A stretch of DNA of 64,000 bases, taken from a virus (taxonomy: Duplodnaviria; Caudoviricetes). Location: the IMG/VR virus record IMGVR_UViG_3300045972_000152, positions 1,134 through 65,133 of that record. The stretch is one strand, 5' to 3'. Of this stretch, positions 48,392 to 56,633 are shown in pieces. A model generated the notes under the pieces. The model searched no databases and had not been told where the DNA came from. It was given only the letters and a program-made list of their open reading frames with translations. How positions within the stretch are numbered: the stretch's first letter is position 1; each line of letters starts with the position of its first letter. Both the position numbers and the translations under genes were made by a program.

Positions 48392-48978
48392 TGGCAAGGA
48401 CAACAGGAAAACCCGCAACACCGGCAGCACCTACCATTTCGCGGCACATGGAATACAAGGGATTTACCATCGCTCGCATGAGTAACGGTGAAACTTGGTA
48501 CTATGAGCCGGGAGAGCCGTACTATGTAACACCGGACGTTCCGACAGCAAAAGGGGAAATAGACGCGATGTTAGACGAACCGAAAGAGTACACCGGCAGG
48601 GGCCACGGTGGATACATCTATGGACCGCCCGAGTGGTGCAAGCGTAGGGTGCAGTTCGACGGAGAGCCGGGATATTGGTGGGCTGACGCCATACTCTGCC
48701 ACGGCTCCTGCAAAGAGAACCATCATTGTCCCGTGTTCACAGAGTTCATGGCAGGACAGCGGGACAGGATTAAACTGATGAATACCGAAAAAGCCGGTCC
48801 CGAGTGTCCTCACTGCAAAAGTCCTCTTCAGGTGGAGTATCCCAATCATACCGCCGTTTACGGGTGTGGCACTATCTACAGTCGAATTTCCAGCGATTAC
48901 AAGCAACATTGCCCCGTTAAAGGCAAGAAGAAAGAACCGGAAGCCGAACAGCCACCCAGACGCCGCCGCACCACTTAG
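48391..48978 (+). CDS. Cys-rich hypothetical protein starting MARTTG
   Basis: multiple Cys clusters; ends RRRRTT. Confidence 0.65.
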   Translation: MARTTGKPATPAAPTISRHMEYKGFTIARMSNGETWYYEPGEPYYVTPDVPTAKGEIDAMLDEPKEYTGRGHGGYIYGPPEWCKRRVQFDGEPGYWWADAILCHGSCKENHHCPVFTEFMAGQRDRIKLMNTEKAGPECPHCKSPLQVEYPNHTAVYGCGTIYSRISSDYKQHCPVKGKKKEPEAEQPPRRRRTT

Positions 48979-48990
48979 GAGGGTAACGAC

Positions 48991-49194
48991 ATGGGAAAAC
49001 CACAACCAAACAAAGGCAAGGGGATTTGCCCCGTATGTCTCAAGCTGGTAAGTATCACGGCGAACGGGAAAATTAGAGGTCACTGGTTCCACCACTTGCC
49101 CACACCGTACCCGGAAGGTACTAGCTACAAGTGCGACGGTTCTTATCGTATATATAGGGGAGAGTATGTCATCACTAAATCCACAACCCAATAA
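48991..49194 (+). CDS. small Zn-binding protein
   Basis: GICPVC...H...CDGS; SD GGAGGG. Confidence 0.6.
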   Translation: MGKPQPNKGKGICPVCLKLVSITANGKIRGHWFHHLPTPYPEGTSYKCDGSYRIYRGEYVITKSTTQ

Positions 49195-49429
49195 GGACGT
49201 TCCGACCCGCTATGTCTGGTATTTAAGCGTGGTGTGGATTTACGAAGGACAGAAGGATCACCGTGGTTTTGTGTCTCTGATAAACATAAGGGATAATAGC
49301 CTTGGGATCAACGCCGACCCCACCAAGATCAGGAATTGCACTTTCGAAGAGATTGATGCAATCAACTACTTCACACAAAGGAGATTGTACGATGCTGGAA
49401 GCAATCGCAAAGAAGAACGGGTTTCGTGA
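49166..49429 (+). CDS. hypothetical protein
   Basis: SD GGGGAG; operon context. Confidence 0.5.
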   Translation: MSSLNPQPNKDVPTRYVWYLSVVWIYEGQKDHRGFVSLINIRDNSLGINADPTKIRNCTFEEIDAINYFTQRRLYDAGSNRKEERVS

Positions 49430-49913
49430 TGAGCAGGAGTTTCACAAGCTGGTTGCTAGTGTTAAGCTTGAGGCACCGGGGGCTGAGTGGGCCTTCAAGG
49501 ATTGGCAGCATAACGATGCCACCAAAGCGGGGTTGTTTCATCGCTTTCCCTACCTCGCCCCGAAACCGGTCAACGTTATATCTCTCATCAATTCGATGAT
49601 CCGTGACATTCAACGTGCTACCGGTTTCCTGACCAAGATAGAAATGAAGGTTACCGTGGAAGGCTTGCAAGTCATGGTGTTGATTCACAACGGCAAGCAA
49701 AAGAAGACATACGGCATCGACAACGTGTTCACTGCCGACCACTTGGCCGACCCTGAGAACTGGAAGTATCTAACTGAACAGCGCGATAAGATCATCAAAG
49801 CTGTTCAGGGTGCCGTGCTCCCCTTGCGTCCCATAATCAGAACGGAGGAAGTCCACGGAATGAAAGTAGATGTTGTTGAGGAGGGACACTATGACCCCGC
49901 CCAAAAAGGATAG
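49392..49913 (+). CDS. hypothetical protein
   Basis: start MLEAIAKK with AAAGGAG SD. Confidence 0.6.
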   Translation: MLEAIAKKNGFRDEQEFHKLVASVKLEAPGAEWAFKDWQHNDATKAGLFHRFPYLAPKPVNVISLINSMIRDIQRATGFLTKIEMKVTVEGLQVMVLIHNGKQKKTYGIDNVFTADHLADPENWKYLTEQRDKIIKAVQGAVLPLRPIIRTEEVHGMKVDVVEEGHYDPAQKG

Positions 49914-50121
49914 AAGCGGAGAGGAGCGGGAGGAGGAGGTTGAACCCGCAGGGGAACTCAAACGGGTTTGCGGCGAATGCCCTTTCTGCAACGCCGAGGG
50001 CGAAGACGTGTTTGAGCGCAGATACTACAAGTGTGGCTCCTATGCCGACAGAGAAACGGGAGAGCACATCCAACAGTGCTACACTCCAATAATCACAACA
50101 CAATGGGGGCCATTGCGATGA
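49870..50121 (+). CDS. small Cys-containing protein
   Basis: CPFC...YKCGS...QC, similar to the C-terminal part of ORF 48391. Confidence 0.5.
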   Translation: MLLRRDTMTPPKKDRSGEEREEEVEPAGELKRVCGECPFCNAEGEDVFERRYYKCGSYADRETGEHIQQCYTPIITTQWGPLR

Positions 50122-50490
50122 ACGATGAACACGAAAAGTATCAACCCGAGGACGTTTGTGAAAAGACCCTGAAGTTCCTACGCGAAAAGCGTAATAACGC
50201 AATGGCAGCCGGTGACAGTGCTGCTTTCACCGGATACAACCGCCGGATAATGGAAATCCTCTGTGGGATGAATCCCTCATAAGGAGAAGTTATGAAAGAG
50301 ATATGCTCCTGTTGCGGGATTGGTTATCAACTATTTAATTCCGCTCTTTTCAATCCCCACCTTAAGATCAAAGGTTATCTAGTTCCAGTTTGCGTAAGCT
50401 GTGCAGCTAGCGCCTTTGAAACTTCCTTCAGGATAGTATTCGGGATGAAGGTGGGAACCGAGTACACCTAACACACCGGGGATCAACGCC

Positions 50491-51411
50491 GTGGCATTTG
50501 ATGTTGTAAAATTCTACAATGACTATCACGTACCAATCGCAACTAGCGGTAAGCACTATCGCGCGGGGTGGGTTAACACCAACTGCCCCTTTTGCGGTGG
50601 ACGTGATGGTCATTTGGGTGTCTTCCTCGCAACCGGCGCAATCAAGTGTTGGAAGTGCGGCAAGCACGGAGAGGTTGAAGTTATCAAAGCCCTCCTTGCT
50701 TGCGACTGGGACAGGGCAGTAGAGATACACAGGCAGTATGAGAAGAGGGGTAGACGTGCCGCAGGGGAGGCACAAACCCGTCTCAAGGCAACCGCTACAG
50801 TCTGCGAATACCCAAGCTTCACCGGCCCCCTAAACTCCGCTCATAGGGCATATTTGGAAGGCCGAAAATATGACCCCGACCTTTTAGCCGAGGTATGGGG
50901 GTTAAGAGGTACCTCAAACCTTGGGGATTACAAGTTTCGTATCATCGCACCAATAACCCTTGACGGTAAAATGGTGAGTTTCCAAGGACGTGATATAACT
51001 AATCAATCTGACATGAAGTACAAGGCTTGCAAGAAGGAGAGGGAGGTTGTAGACCATCAAGATGTGGTGTATGGGCTAGATCAGGCCAAACGTAAGGCGT
51101 GTGTGCTAGTGGAAGGTATCGCGGACGTGTGGCGGTTAGGTCCGGGGGCGGTATGCTGTTTCGGTATCGCGTACACCATGGCTCAGGTAAACCTCCTAGT
51201 CAAGAAGTTTAAGACGGTTTATATCATGTTTGACGGTGGTGAAACAGAAGCTGCAAAACAGGCTAGAAAGATAGCCTTACTCCTGAGCAACCGAGGAGTG
51301 GATGTTGAAATGCTTTTCCTTGACAGCGGTGACCCCGGCGAAATGTCTCAGGTTGATGCGGACGAACTTATGCGCGACCTGTATTTGGAAGGGTATAGAA
51401 ATTTTCGTTGA
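50491..51411 (+). CDS. DNA primase (Zn finger plus TOPRIM)
   Basis: CPFC..H...CWKC, RIIAPI, FQGR, KY, LVEGIAD, MFDG, DPGE. Confidence 0.88.
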   Translation: MAFDVVKFYNDYHVPIATSGKHYRAGWVNTNCPFCGGRDGHLGVFLATGAIKCWKCGKHGEVEVIKALLACDWDRAVEIHRQYEKRGRRAAGEAQTRLKATATVCEYPSFTGPLNSAHRAYLEGRKYDPDLLAEVWGLRGTSNLGDYKFRIIAPITLDGKMVSFQGRDITNQSDMKYKACKKEREVVDHQDVVYGLDQAKRKACVLVEGIADVWRLGPGAVCCFGIAYTMAQVNLLVKKFKTVYIMFDGGETEAAKQARKIALLLSNRGVDVEMLFLDSGDPGEMSQVDADELMRDLYLEGYRNFR

Positions 51412-51436
51412 CTTTCTGAAGCACCCCGTTTATTGT
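51408..51436 (+). promoter_or_regulatory. sigma70-type promoter
   Basis: TTGACT-17 bp-TATTGT. Confidence 0.5.
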
Positions 51437-51504
51437 TCTGGCTTTCGGAGCGGTACGCCGTCTAGCTAACGGCACCGTCCTAGATTGATGTAAAATTTGG
51501 GAAC

Positions 51505-51555
51505 AGGGGCGACTCCTCAGCGCCCCTTAGTACCCGCCTACTGAGGAGGGGCGCT
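51505..51555 (+). promoter_or_regulatory. alternative hairpin/pseudoknot over the ribosome-binding site
   Basis: aggggcg/cgcccct, ctcctcag/ctgaggag and agcgcccct/aggggcgct pairings. Confidence 0.55.
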
Positions 51556-51559
51556 ATCA

Positions 51560-51787
51560 ATGCAAGACACCCGCAACACCCATCCCCTGTCTACAACCTG
51601 CTTGAAATGCAAGCGCGTCTCAAAATGCCTCCATGTGCGGGAGGTAGCCTTGAGCGCCTTCTTGCGCCTTCCCCGTATCATAGACGCCTACCAAATCTTT
51701 GAACTAACCGCATCACGCTGTACCGACTTCAGTAATAAGAAACGCCGCGACAAATCCCCCCAACTAACACTTGATTTGGAGTTTTGA
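51560..51787 (+). CDS. small Cys-rich protein
   Basis: CLKC...C...C; SD GAGGAGG. Confidence 0.5.
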   Translation: MQDTRNTHPLSTTCLKCKRVSKCLHVREVALSAFLRLPRIIDAYQIFELTASRCTDFSNKKRRDKSPQLTLDLEF

Positions 51788-51788
51788 T

Positions 51789-52193
51789 ATGTATTCTAAC
51801 GAAAGGAGAGGTAAGCCGAAAGGTACCTCTGACCTAAACGCTCGCTATATATCATTTGCTGAAAGGCTAGCAGACATTGTGCTACCGTATCGCACTACTA
51901 ACATAACTGACACAGATATAAAGAAGTGGGCAACTGAAATCAGGTTACTTAGGACACAGAATAACATCGACATACCGGCAATAAACGCCGTACTTAATTG
52001 GTACTCCGAGTACATAGGGGGCGAGTTTATACCCGAAGCATACAGCGGATCATCATTTAGAAAGAAGTTCCCCAACCTTCAGGCGGCAATGAAGCGCAGC
52101 GAGACAAGGAACAACAGGCGCGGCCCCCTTCCTTCCACTAACGAAACTTATGATGATATACCTGTTCACAGAATAAACAACCAAAGGAGCTAG
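51789..52193 (+). CDS. replication initiator-like C-terminal domain protein
   Basis: W..EIRLLR, VLNWY, P.AYS..SFRKKF..L pattern; upstream of DnaC-like loader. Confidence 0.55.
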   Translation: MYSNERRGKPKGTSDLNARYISFAERLADIVLPYRTTNITDTDIKKWATEIRLLRTQNNIDIPAINAVLNWYSEYIGGEFIPEAYSGSSFRKKFPNLQAAMKRSETRNNRRGPLPSTNETYDDIPVHRINNQRS

Positions 52194-52814
52194 ATGATGG
52201 ATTGTGAAATATGCGATAACTCCCCGGTGGTAAAACTTATCAATGGAAAGAATCACTGTGAGGATTGTGCGTATGAGGCACAAATGCCCGACTACCTCAA
52301 GCAACTGGGAGTGCTGCCGGTGTTCTGGGGCGCACGCCTCACACAATGCCCCGGCTTACCTTACGAAATGCTTGATAAGAGTCTATTTATCACGGGTGAC
52401 GTGGGAACGGGCAAGACACACATGGCAGTTGCCATGCTCGTTGACTATATCAAGGGTGTTCCTTTCTCCAAGGTCAAGGAATGCGACTTTGTAACGATGC
52501 TGGGGCTTCTTGACGAAATCAAGGGGAGCTTTGGTAAGAGTGTGGGTGAACAACTAAATCTTATCAATCACTACTGCGAAATCGAATACTTGGTGATTGA
52601 CGATATCGGTGTCGAACTTCCGTCCGATTGGGCTATGACTCACATTTACCGCATAATCAATACGAGGTGGGGGTGTGATAAGCAAACCATCTTCACCTCT
52701 AACTTCAACTACAAGCAGTTGGAAAAGAAACTTGACGCTCGCATCGTTTCCCGCGTAATGGGAATGTGCGAAGTAGTTGAACTGACCGGGAATGACCTAC
52801 GCAAGAGGAGGTAA
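52194..52814 (+). CDS. DnaC/IstB-like helicase loader ATPase
   Basis: GDVGTGKTH, LVIDDIG, IINTR, IFTSN, RIVSR. Confidence 0.88.
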   Translation: MMDCEICDNSPVVKLINGKNHCEDCAYEAQMPDYLKQLGVLPVFWGARLTQCPGLPYEMLDKSLFITGDVGTGKTHMAVAMLVDYIKGVPFSKVKECDFVTMLGLLDEIKGSFGKSVGEQLNLINHYCEIEYLVIDDIGVELPSDWAMTHIYRIINTRWGCDKQTIFTSNFNYKQLEKKLDARIVSRVMGMCEVVELTGNDLRKRR

Positions 52815-52818
52815 CGCC

Positions 52819-54357
52819 GTGGCTGTAACACGCCGTAAAATTGATACTAAGATTGAACGAGATATTTTGACCGGAATGATTGTTTCGGATCACTACCTAC
52901 GGGAAGTTATCCCGCTCTATTCCGCTGACCTTCTGGAAATGACCTTCGCTCCAATTATCGCTTCTTGGTGTATCGAATTCTACAAGAATTACGAAGAGGC
53001 ACCAAGAAGAGAAATCGAAGACCTCTATGAGCACTGGGCAAAAACAGCAACCGACCCGGAGCAGATACGTTTCGTCAAGGAATTTCTTGCAACTCTTTCC
53101 GAGGAGTACGAAAGGGCCGACCACTTCAACGTTCCTTACCTGATTGATAAGACCGTGGCTCATTTCGGAATACGGGCTTTCAGCAATCTCGGGGAGGACC
53201 TGAAGTTCTACACCGATAAAGGTGACCTTGACGGCTGCAAAGAAGCCTACAACGAATTTCGTACCGTTGAAAAGGTCATGTCTCAGGGCATTGATCCTTT
53301 CGATGATGAACAAGCAATTCAAAAGGCATGGGAAGCTAAATCGGCCCCCCTCTTCCAACTCCCCGGTAAATTGGGGGAAATGATGAACGAGCAGTTCACC
53401 CGTGAGTCTCTTGTTGCGATGATGGGTGTTGCCAAGATCGGTAAGACATGGTTTCTCGATTGGTTATCAAAACAGGCGCACCGCCAACGCTGCAACGTGG
53501 CTTATTTCCAATTGGGTGACCTAACTGAGGCTGACTACGTTCTCAGAACACATATCACCCTCGCGCAACGTTCCAACAAAAAGAAATACTGCGGGGAGAT
53601 ACTTGTACCCGTTCTCGACTGCGAACACAATCAGCGTGATAATCCCGTGCGCTGTCTCCAATATGCCAACAAGCGTACCTGTAGCAGTGGGTGTTACGAT
53701 AACGGCGAAAAAATGAGCTTTCAAGACGCCGTGGGGTACGTTCCCTGTACGGCGTGCCAACATGACCACCGAAGCCCGTTTAAGGGTGCTGTGTGGCACG
53801 CCGTCAGGCCCCCGGTTCAGCCGTTGGAGTGGCAAGAAGCCTACCAGAACGGAGTGAGCTATAAGAAGAAGATCAAGGCCAAAGGTTTCCGGCTCGCCAC
53901 TTTCCTAAATGATAGCTGTTCCATGTCCATGATCGACAATCAGTTATCAACGTGGGAAGAGGAAGACGGTTTTGTGGCTGACGTGATAGCAATCGACTAC
54001 ATGGACATTGCCGCCCCAGAACCCGGCCCCGGTGATGAGCGTTTCCAAGAGAACAAGAAATGGAAAGCTGCTCGCCGGTTATCTCAGAAACGCCACGCAT
54101 GTGTCCTAACTCTGTCTCAGGCAGATACAGACGCTATGGATACTCCGATACTTACCCGAAAGAACTTCACTACCGACCGGCGCAAGTATGACCATGTGAC
54201 AGCCTTCTATGGGTTGAACCAGACACCCTCCGAGAAAAAAGAGGGTATCATGAGGATAGGGGAGATTCTGGTACGTGAGGGAGAGTTTGATATAACATCA
54301 CTGGTAACAATTGGGCAATGCCTCGCCATTGGTAAAGCATACCTGTTCAGCTACTAG
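52819..54357 (+). CDS. DnaB-like replicative helicase with Cys-rich insertion
   Basis: GVAKIGKT, IAIDYMD, TLSQ, GLNQT; GTG start with GAGGAGG SD. Confidence 0.8.
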   Translation: MAVTRRKIDTKIERDILTGMIVSDHYLREVIPLYSADLLEMTFAPIIASWCIEFYKNYEEAPRREIEDLYEHWAKTATDPEQIRFVKEFLATLSEEYERADHFNVPYLIDKTVAHFGIRAFSNLGEDLKFYTDKGDLDGCKEAYNEFRTVEKVMSQGIDPFDDEQAIQKAWEAKSAPLFQLPGKLGEMMNEQFTRESLVAMMGVAKIGKTWFLDWLSKQAHRQRCNVAYFQLGDLTEADYVLRTHITLAQRSNKKKYCGEILVPVLDCEHNQRDNPVRCLQYANKRTCSSGCYDNGEKMSFQDAVGYVPCTACQHDHRSPFKGAVWHAVRPPVQPLEWQEAYQNGVSYKKKIKAKGFRLATFLNDSCSMSMIDNQLSTWEEEDGFVADVIAIDYMDIAAPEPGPGDERFQENKKWKAARRLSQKRHACVLTLSQADTDAMDTPILTRKNFTTDRRKYDHVTAFYGLNQTPSEKKEGIMRIGEILVREGEFDITSLVTIGQCLAIGKAYLFSY

Positions 54358-54366
54358 GAGAATATC

Positions 54367-54639
54367 GTGAGCACTGTATGTATCTCAGAAATAGGAAATA
54401 GTCGAGCTAAGATAGTAGCATTAATTCAATTAATAGAAGCATACAGTGGTGACGTATTGCTTATTGATGATACAAGTCGGATAATTAAACTTGTCAGTGA
54501 CGAAGTATCTATTCCAGTGATACCTAACTATCCCATTTACTGTAAACCCGAAGCCTATTGGGAGAAAGAAAGGGATTGGTTACCTGAGCGGAGTCGGGGA
54601 TATAAACATAAGCTTAAAAAGAATCGAGGTCGCAGATGA
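54367..54639 (+). CDS. hypothetical protein
   Basis: SD AGGAG; operon context. Confidence 0.5.
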   Translation: MSTVCISEIGNSRAKIVALIQLIEAYSGDVLLIDDTSRIIKLVSDEVSIPVIPNYPIYCKPEAYWEKERDWLPERSRGYKHKLKKNRGRR

Positions 54640-54959
54640 CTAAGAACGAAGCAATTGATATATTTATCGGTGACCTTGAGTATAATGTAGCCGAATCAGT
54701 CTACCGCCGAATGACCGGTGAAGATATAAACATAACGAGCGGTATTCTAGCAAGCGTGAGCGAAACTGAACCGATATGGTTTGAAAAGTGTCAGGGTTTC
54801 GAAGGACCGTGCGACAGTGAACAAGCTTATCGTCGCCCCCAGAATACAGCCTACAGCGAGCCGGGGCGTAACTATGCAACGCTGTGTGATGAATGCCAGA
54901 GTGCGGCTAACGAGTATTGGGCAGCTATGTGGCGGGAGTATAACGCCGGGAGGTTTTGA
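54636..54959 (+). CDS. Cys-containing hypothetical protein
   Basis: RPQNTAY...LCDEC...EYW..MW.EY. Confidence 0.6.
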   Translation: MTKNEAIDIFIGDLEYNVAESVYRRMTGEDINITSGILASVSETEPIWFEKCQGFEGPCDSEQAYRRPQNTAYSEPGRNYATLCDECQSAANEYWAAMWREYNAGRF

Positions 54960-55270
54960 TGAAGTGGAAGGTGCTTCGAAGGGAGGACATTAATGCAGGT
55001 CAGATGCTTCCTGAATCGTGGATTGCATACGGCAAGCATTACATGATGGGAGGTTATTTCAAGATATGTATTCCTTTCTTTCGGCGCTTCTGGGGTAAAC
55101 GCCCCGAAATGCGTCAACTCAAGTATGGATGGTACGTTCCTTCCATTCGTGTGTTGTGGAGAAACCATGAAGTTATCATAACTTGGTGGTATGAATTCTT
55201 TGATAACTACAAAGGAGAAGAGCGTATCCAGTATGACCGCGATAACGAATTAATTTCAAAGCTCCGCTAA
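54956..55270 (+). CDS. hypothetical protein
   Basis: coupled to upstream gene; aromatic-rich. Confidence 0.5.
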   Translation: MMKWKVLRREDINAGQMLPESWIAYGKHYMMGGYFKICIPFFRRFWGKRPEMRQLKYGWYVPSIRVLWRNHEVIITWWYEFFDNYKGEERIQYDRDNELISKLR

Positions 55271-55384
55271 AACACAGGGTTTGGCGTTTCTCTATTAATG
55301 TTACAATTTTGTGAACCTTTATTTTACGCACTGTTATAGAGCCGGATAAAAATACATTTTATACTATTTCGCTAAAAATAATTA

Positions 55385-55413
55385 TTGACTCTCTGTGTTA
55401 ATTGAATTATAAA
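55385..55413 (+). promoter_or_regulatory. sigma70-type promoter
   Basis: TTGACT-17 bp-TATAAA in AT-rich context. Confidence 0.8.
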
Positions 55414-55467
55414 GGAGTCACTGATTTACACATGTAGTCAAACCACCCCACAAAGGAGAAACAGAGT

Positions 55468-56361
55468 ATGGCAAGAGGAGCCGTAGCACCCGCAGCACCG
55501 GTTTACACCCGCGCACAGTTGGAACTGGTTTACAACGAGATGATCGCCGTCATGCAGCCCGACCCGCCGTTTCCGGCCATTTCGCGTAAGGTCACCGACC
55601 AGCAGATCATCGACACCATCCTCAAAGAAGCTGAGGGCAACGTCTACACCACCGACATGATGGAAGACACGGAGAACCCCGACAAGGTGATCTACTCCGA
55701 GGACGCGGAAAACATCCTCGTGGGTCTGGGTGTCGTCATCGTGGAACCGCCCGAAGAAGAGGAAGAACCCGCCGCCGCTGCACCGGCACCGGCCCCCGCC
55801 GCTCCTGCACGCGCACCCCGTGGCGCTGCTGCTGCACCGGCACCCGCCCCGGCTCGCGCTCCGAGGGGTGCTGCCGCCCCGGCTCCCGCAGCTGCCGCAC
55901 CGGCCCCTGCTGCTGCCGCACCGGCCCCTGCTGCTGCCGCACCGGCCCCTGCTGCTGCTCCTGCACGTGGTGCAAGGGGTGCTGCCGCACCGGCACCGGC
56001 CCCGGCCCCTGCTGCTGCTCCTGCACGTGGTGCACGTGGCGCTGCTGCACCGGCCCCGGCTCCCGCAGCCGCTAAACCCGCCGCACCGGCACCGAAACCG
56101 GCCAAAGCTCCGAAGGCCGCAGCCGTACCGAAGAATCCGGCTTTCACCCGTTCGACCGCGCTGGCCGAATCTATCAAGGCTGGCGGCACCAAAGAGCAGA
56201 TCGTTGCCGATTCCGATGCCATCTACGTGGAAGAGGGCGGCGTGAGCAACCTGACCGTGGCTGAAGCGATGTTCCGCTACGGCGTGCCCCTCCTGAAGGA
56301 ACTGGGCTTCATCGAAGTGGACGCGAACGGCGTGTTCGCGTTGGCCGTAGCCGCCGCCTAG
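55468..56361 (+). CDS. Ala/Pro-rich linker protein with C-terminal winged-helix-like domain (nucleoid protein-like)
   Basis: own promoter and terminator, GC-rich codons; APARGARGAAAP repeats; C-domain paralogous to ORF 37129. Confidence 0.75.
   Translation: MARGAVAPAAPVYTRAQLELVYNEMIAVMQPDPPFPAISRKVTDQQIIDTILKEAEGNVYTTDMMEDTENPDKVIYSEDAENILVGLGVVIVEPPEEEEEPAAAAPAPAPAAPARAPRGAAAAPAPAPARAPRGAAAPAPAAAAPAPAAAAPAPAAAAPAPAAAPARGARGAAAPAPAPAPAAAPARGARGAAAPAPAPAAAKPAAPAPKPAKAPKAAAVPKNPAFTRSTALAESIKAGGTKEQIVADSDAIYVEEGGVSNLTVAEAMFRYGVPLLKELGFIEVDANGVFALAVAAA
55768..56127. repeat. degenerate coding repeats (Ala/Pro/Arg/Gly)
   Basis: repeated gcaccggcccctgctgct-type units. Confidence 0.85.
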
Positions 56362-56514
56362 CATCAACGGCGTCACCGGCGTCACCGGCAAAGGTTGTGA
56401 GGAAGAGGTTGTTAGGAACAGAGGTTTCCGGCACTCACAACGGTTAAGGCTTGAGAGAGGCGATTGCAGTATCAAGTGACTTAACAAGAATTTTAGTTTT
56501 GATGCTTAAAGTCT

Positions 56515-56550
56515 GGGGGGCGGTTGGAGTAAAGCCGCCCCTCTTTCTTT
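56515..56550 (+). terminator. intrinsic terminator
   Basis: ggggggcggtt/agccgcccct stem followed by ctttcttt. Confidence 0.7.
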
Positions 56551-56633
56551 AACCCTCAAGCATCCCCGTTACATATCAGGTCACCCGGACCTTTAAAAAC
56601 AGGGACGCTCCACCCCACTTCAAGGAAACTAAC

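Noticed and set aside
53581-53830. Intein in the helicase
   Set aside because: Too short, and no properly placed N-terminal Cys block or HN-C/S/T splice junction.
54367-54639. SGDVLLIDD as another Walker B mimic
   Set aside because: Single short match with no supporting downstream residues; could be chance.
55438-56487. 349-aa minus-strand Cys/Gly/Arg-rich ORF and similar ORFs at 37413-38196
   Set aside because: Reverse reading of Ala/Pro repeat-coding DNA.
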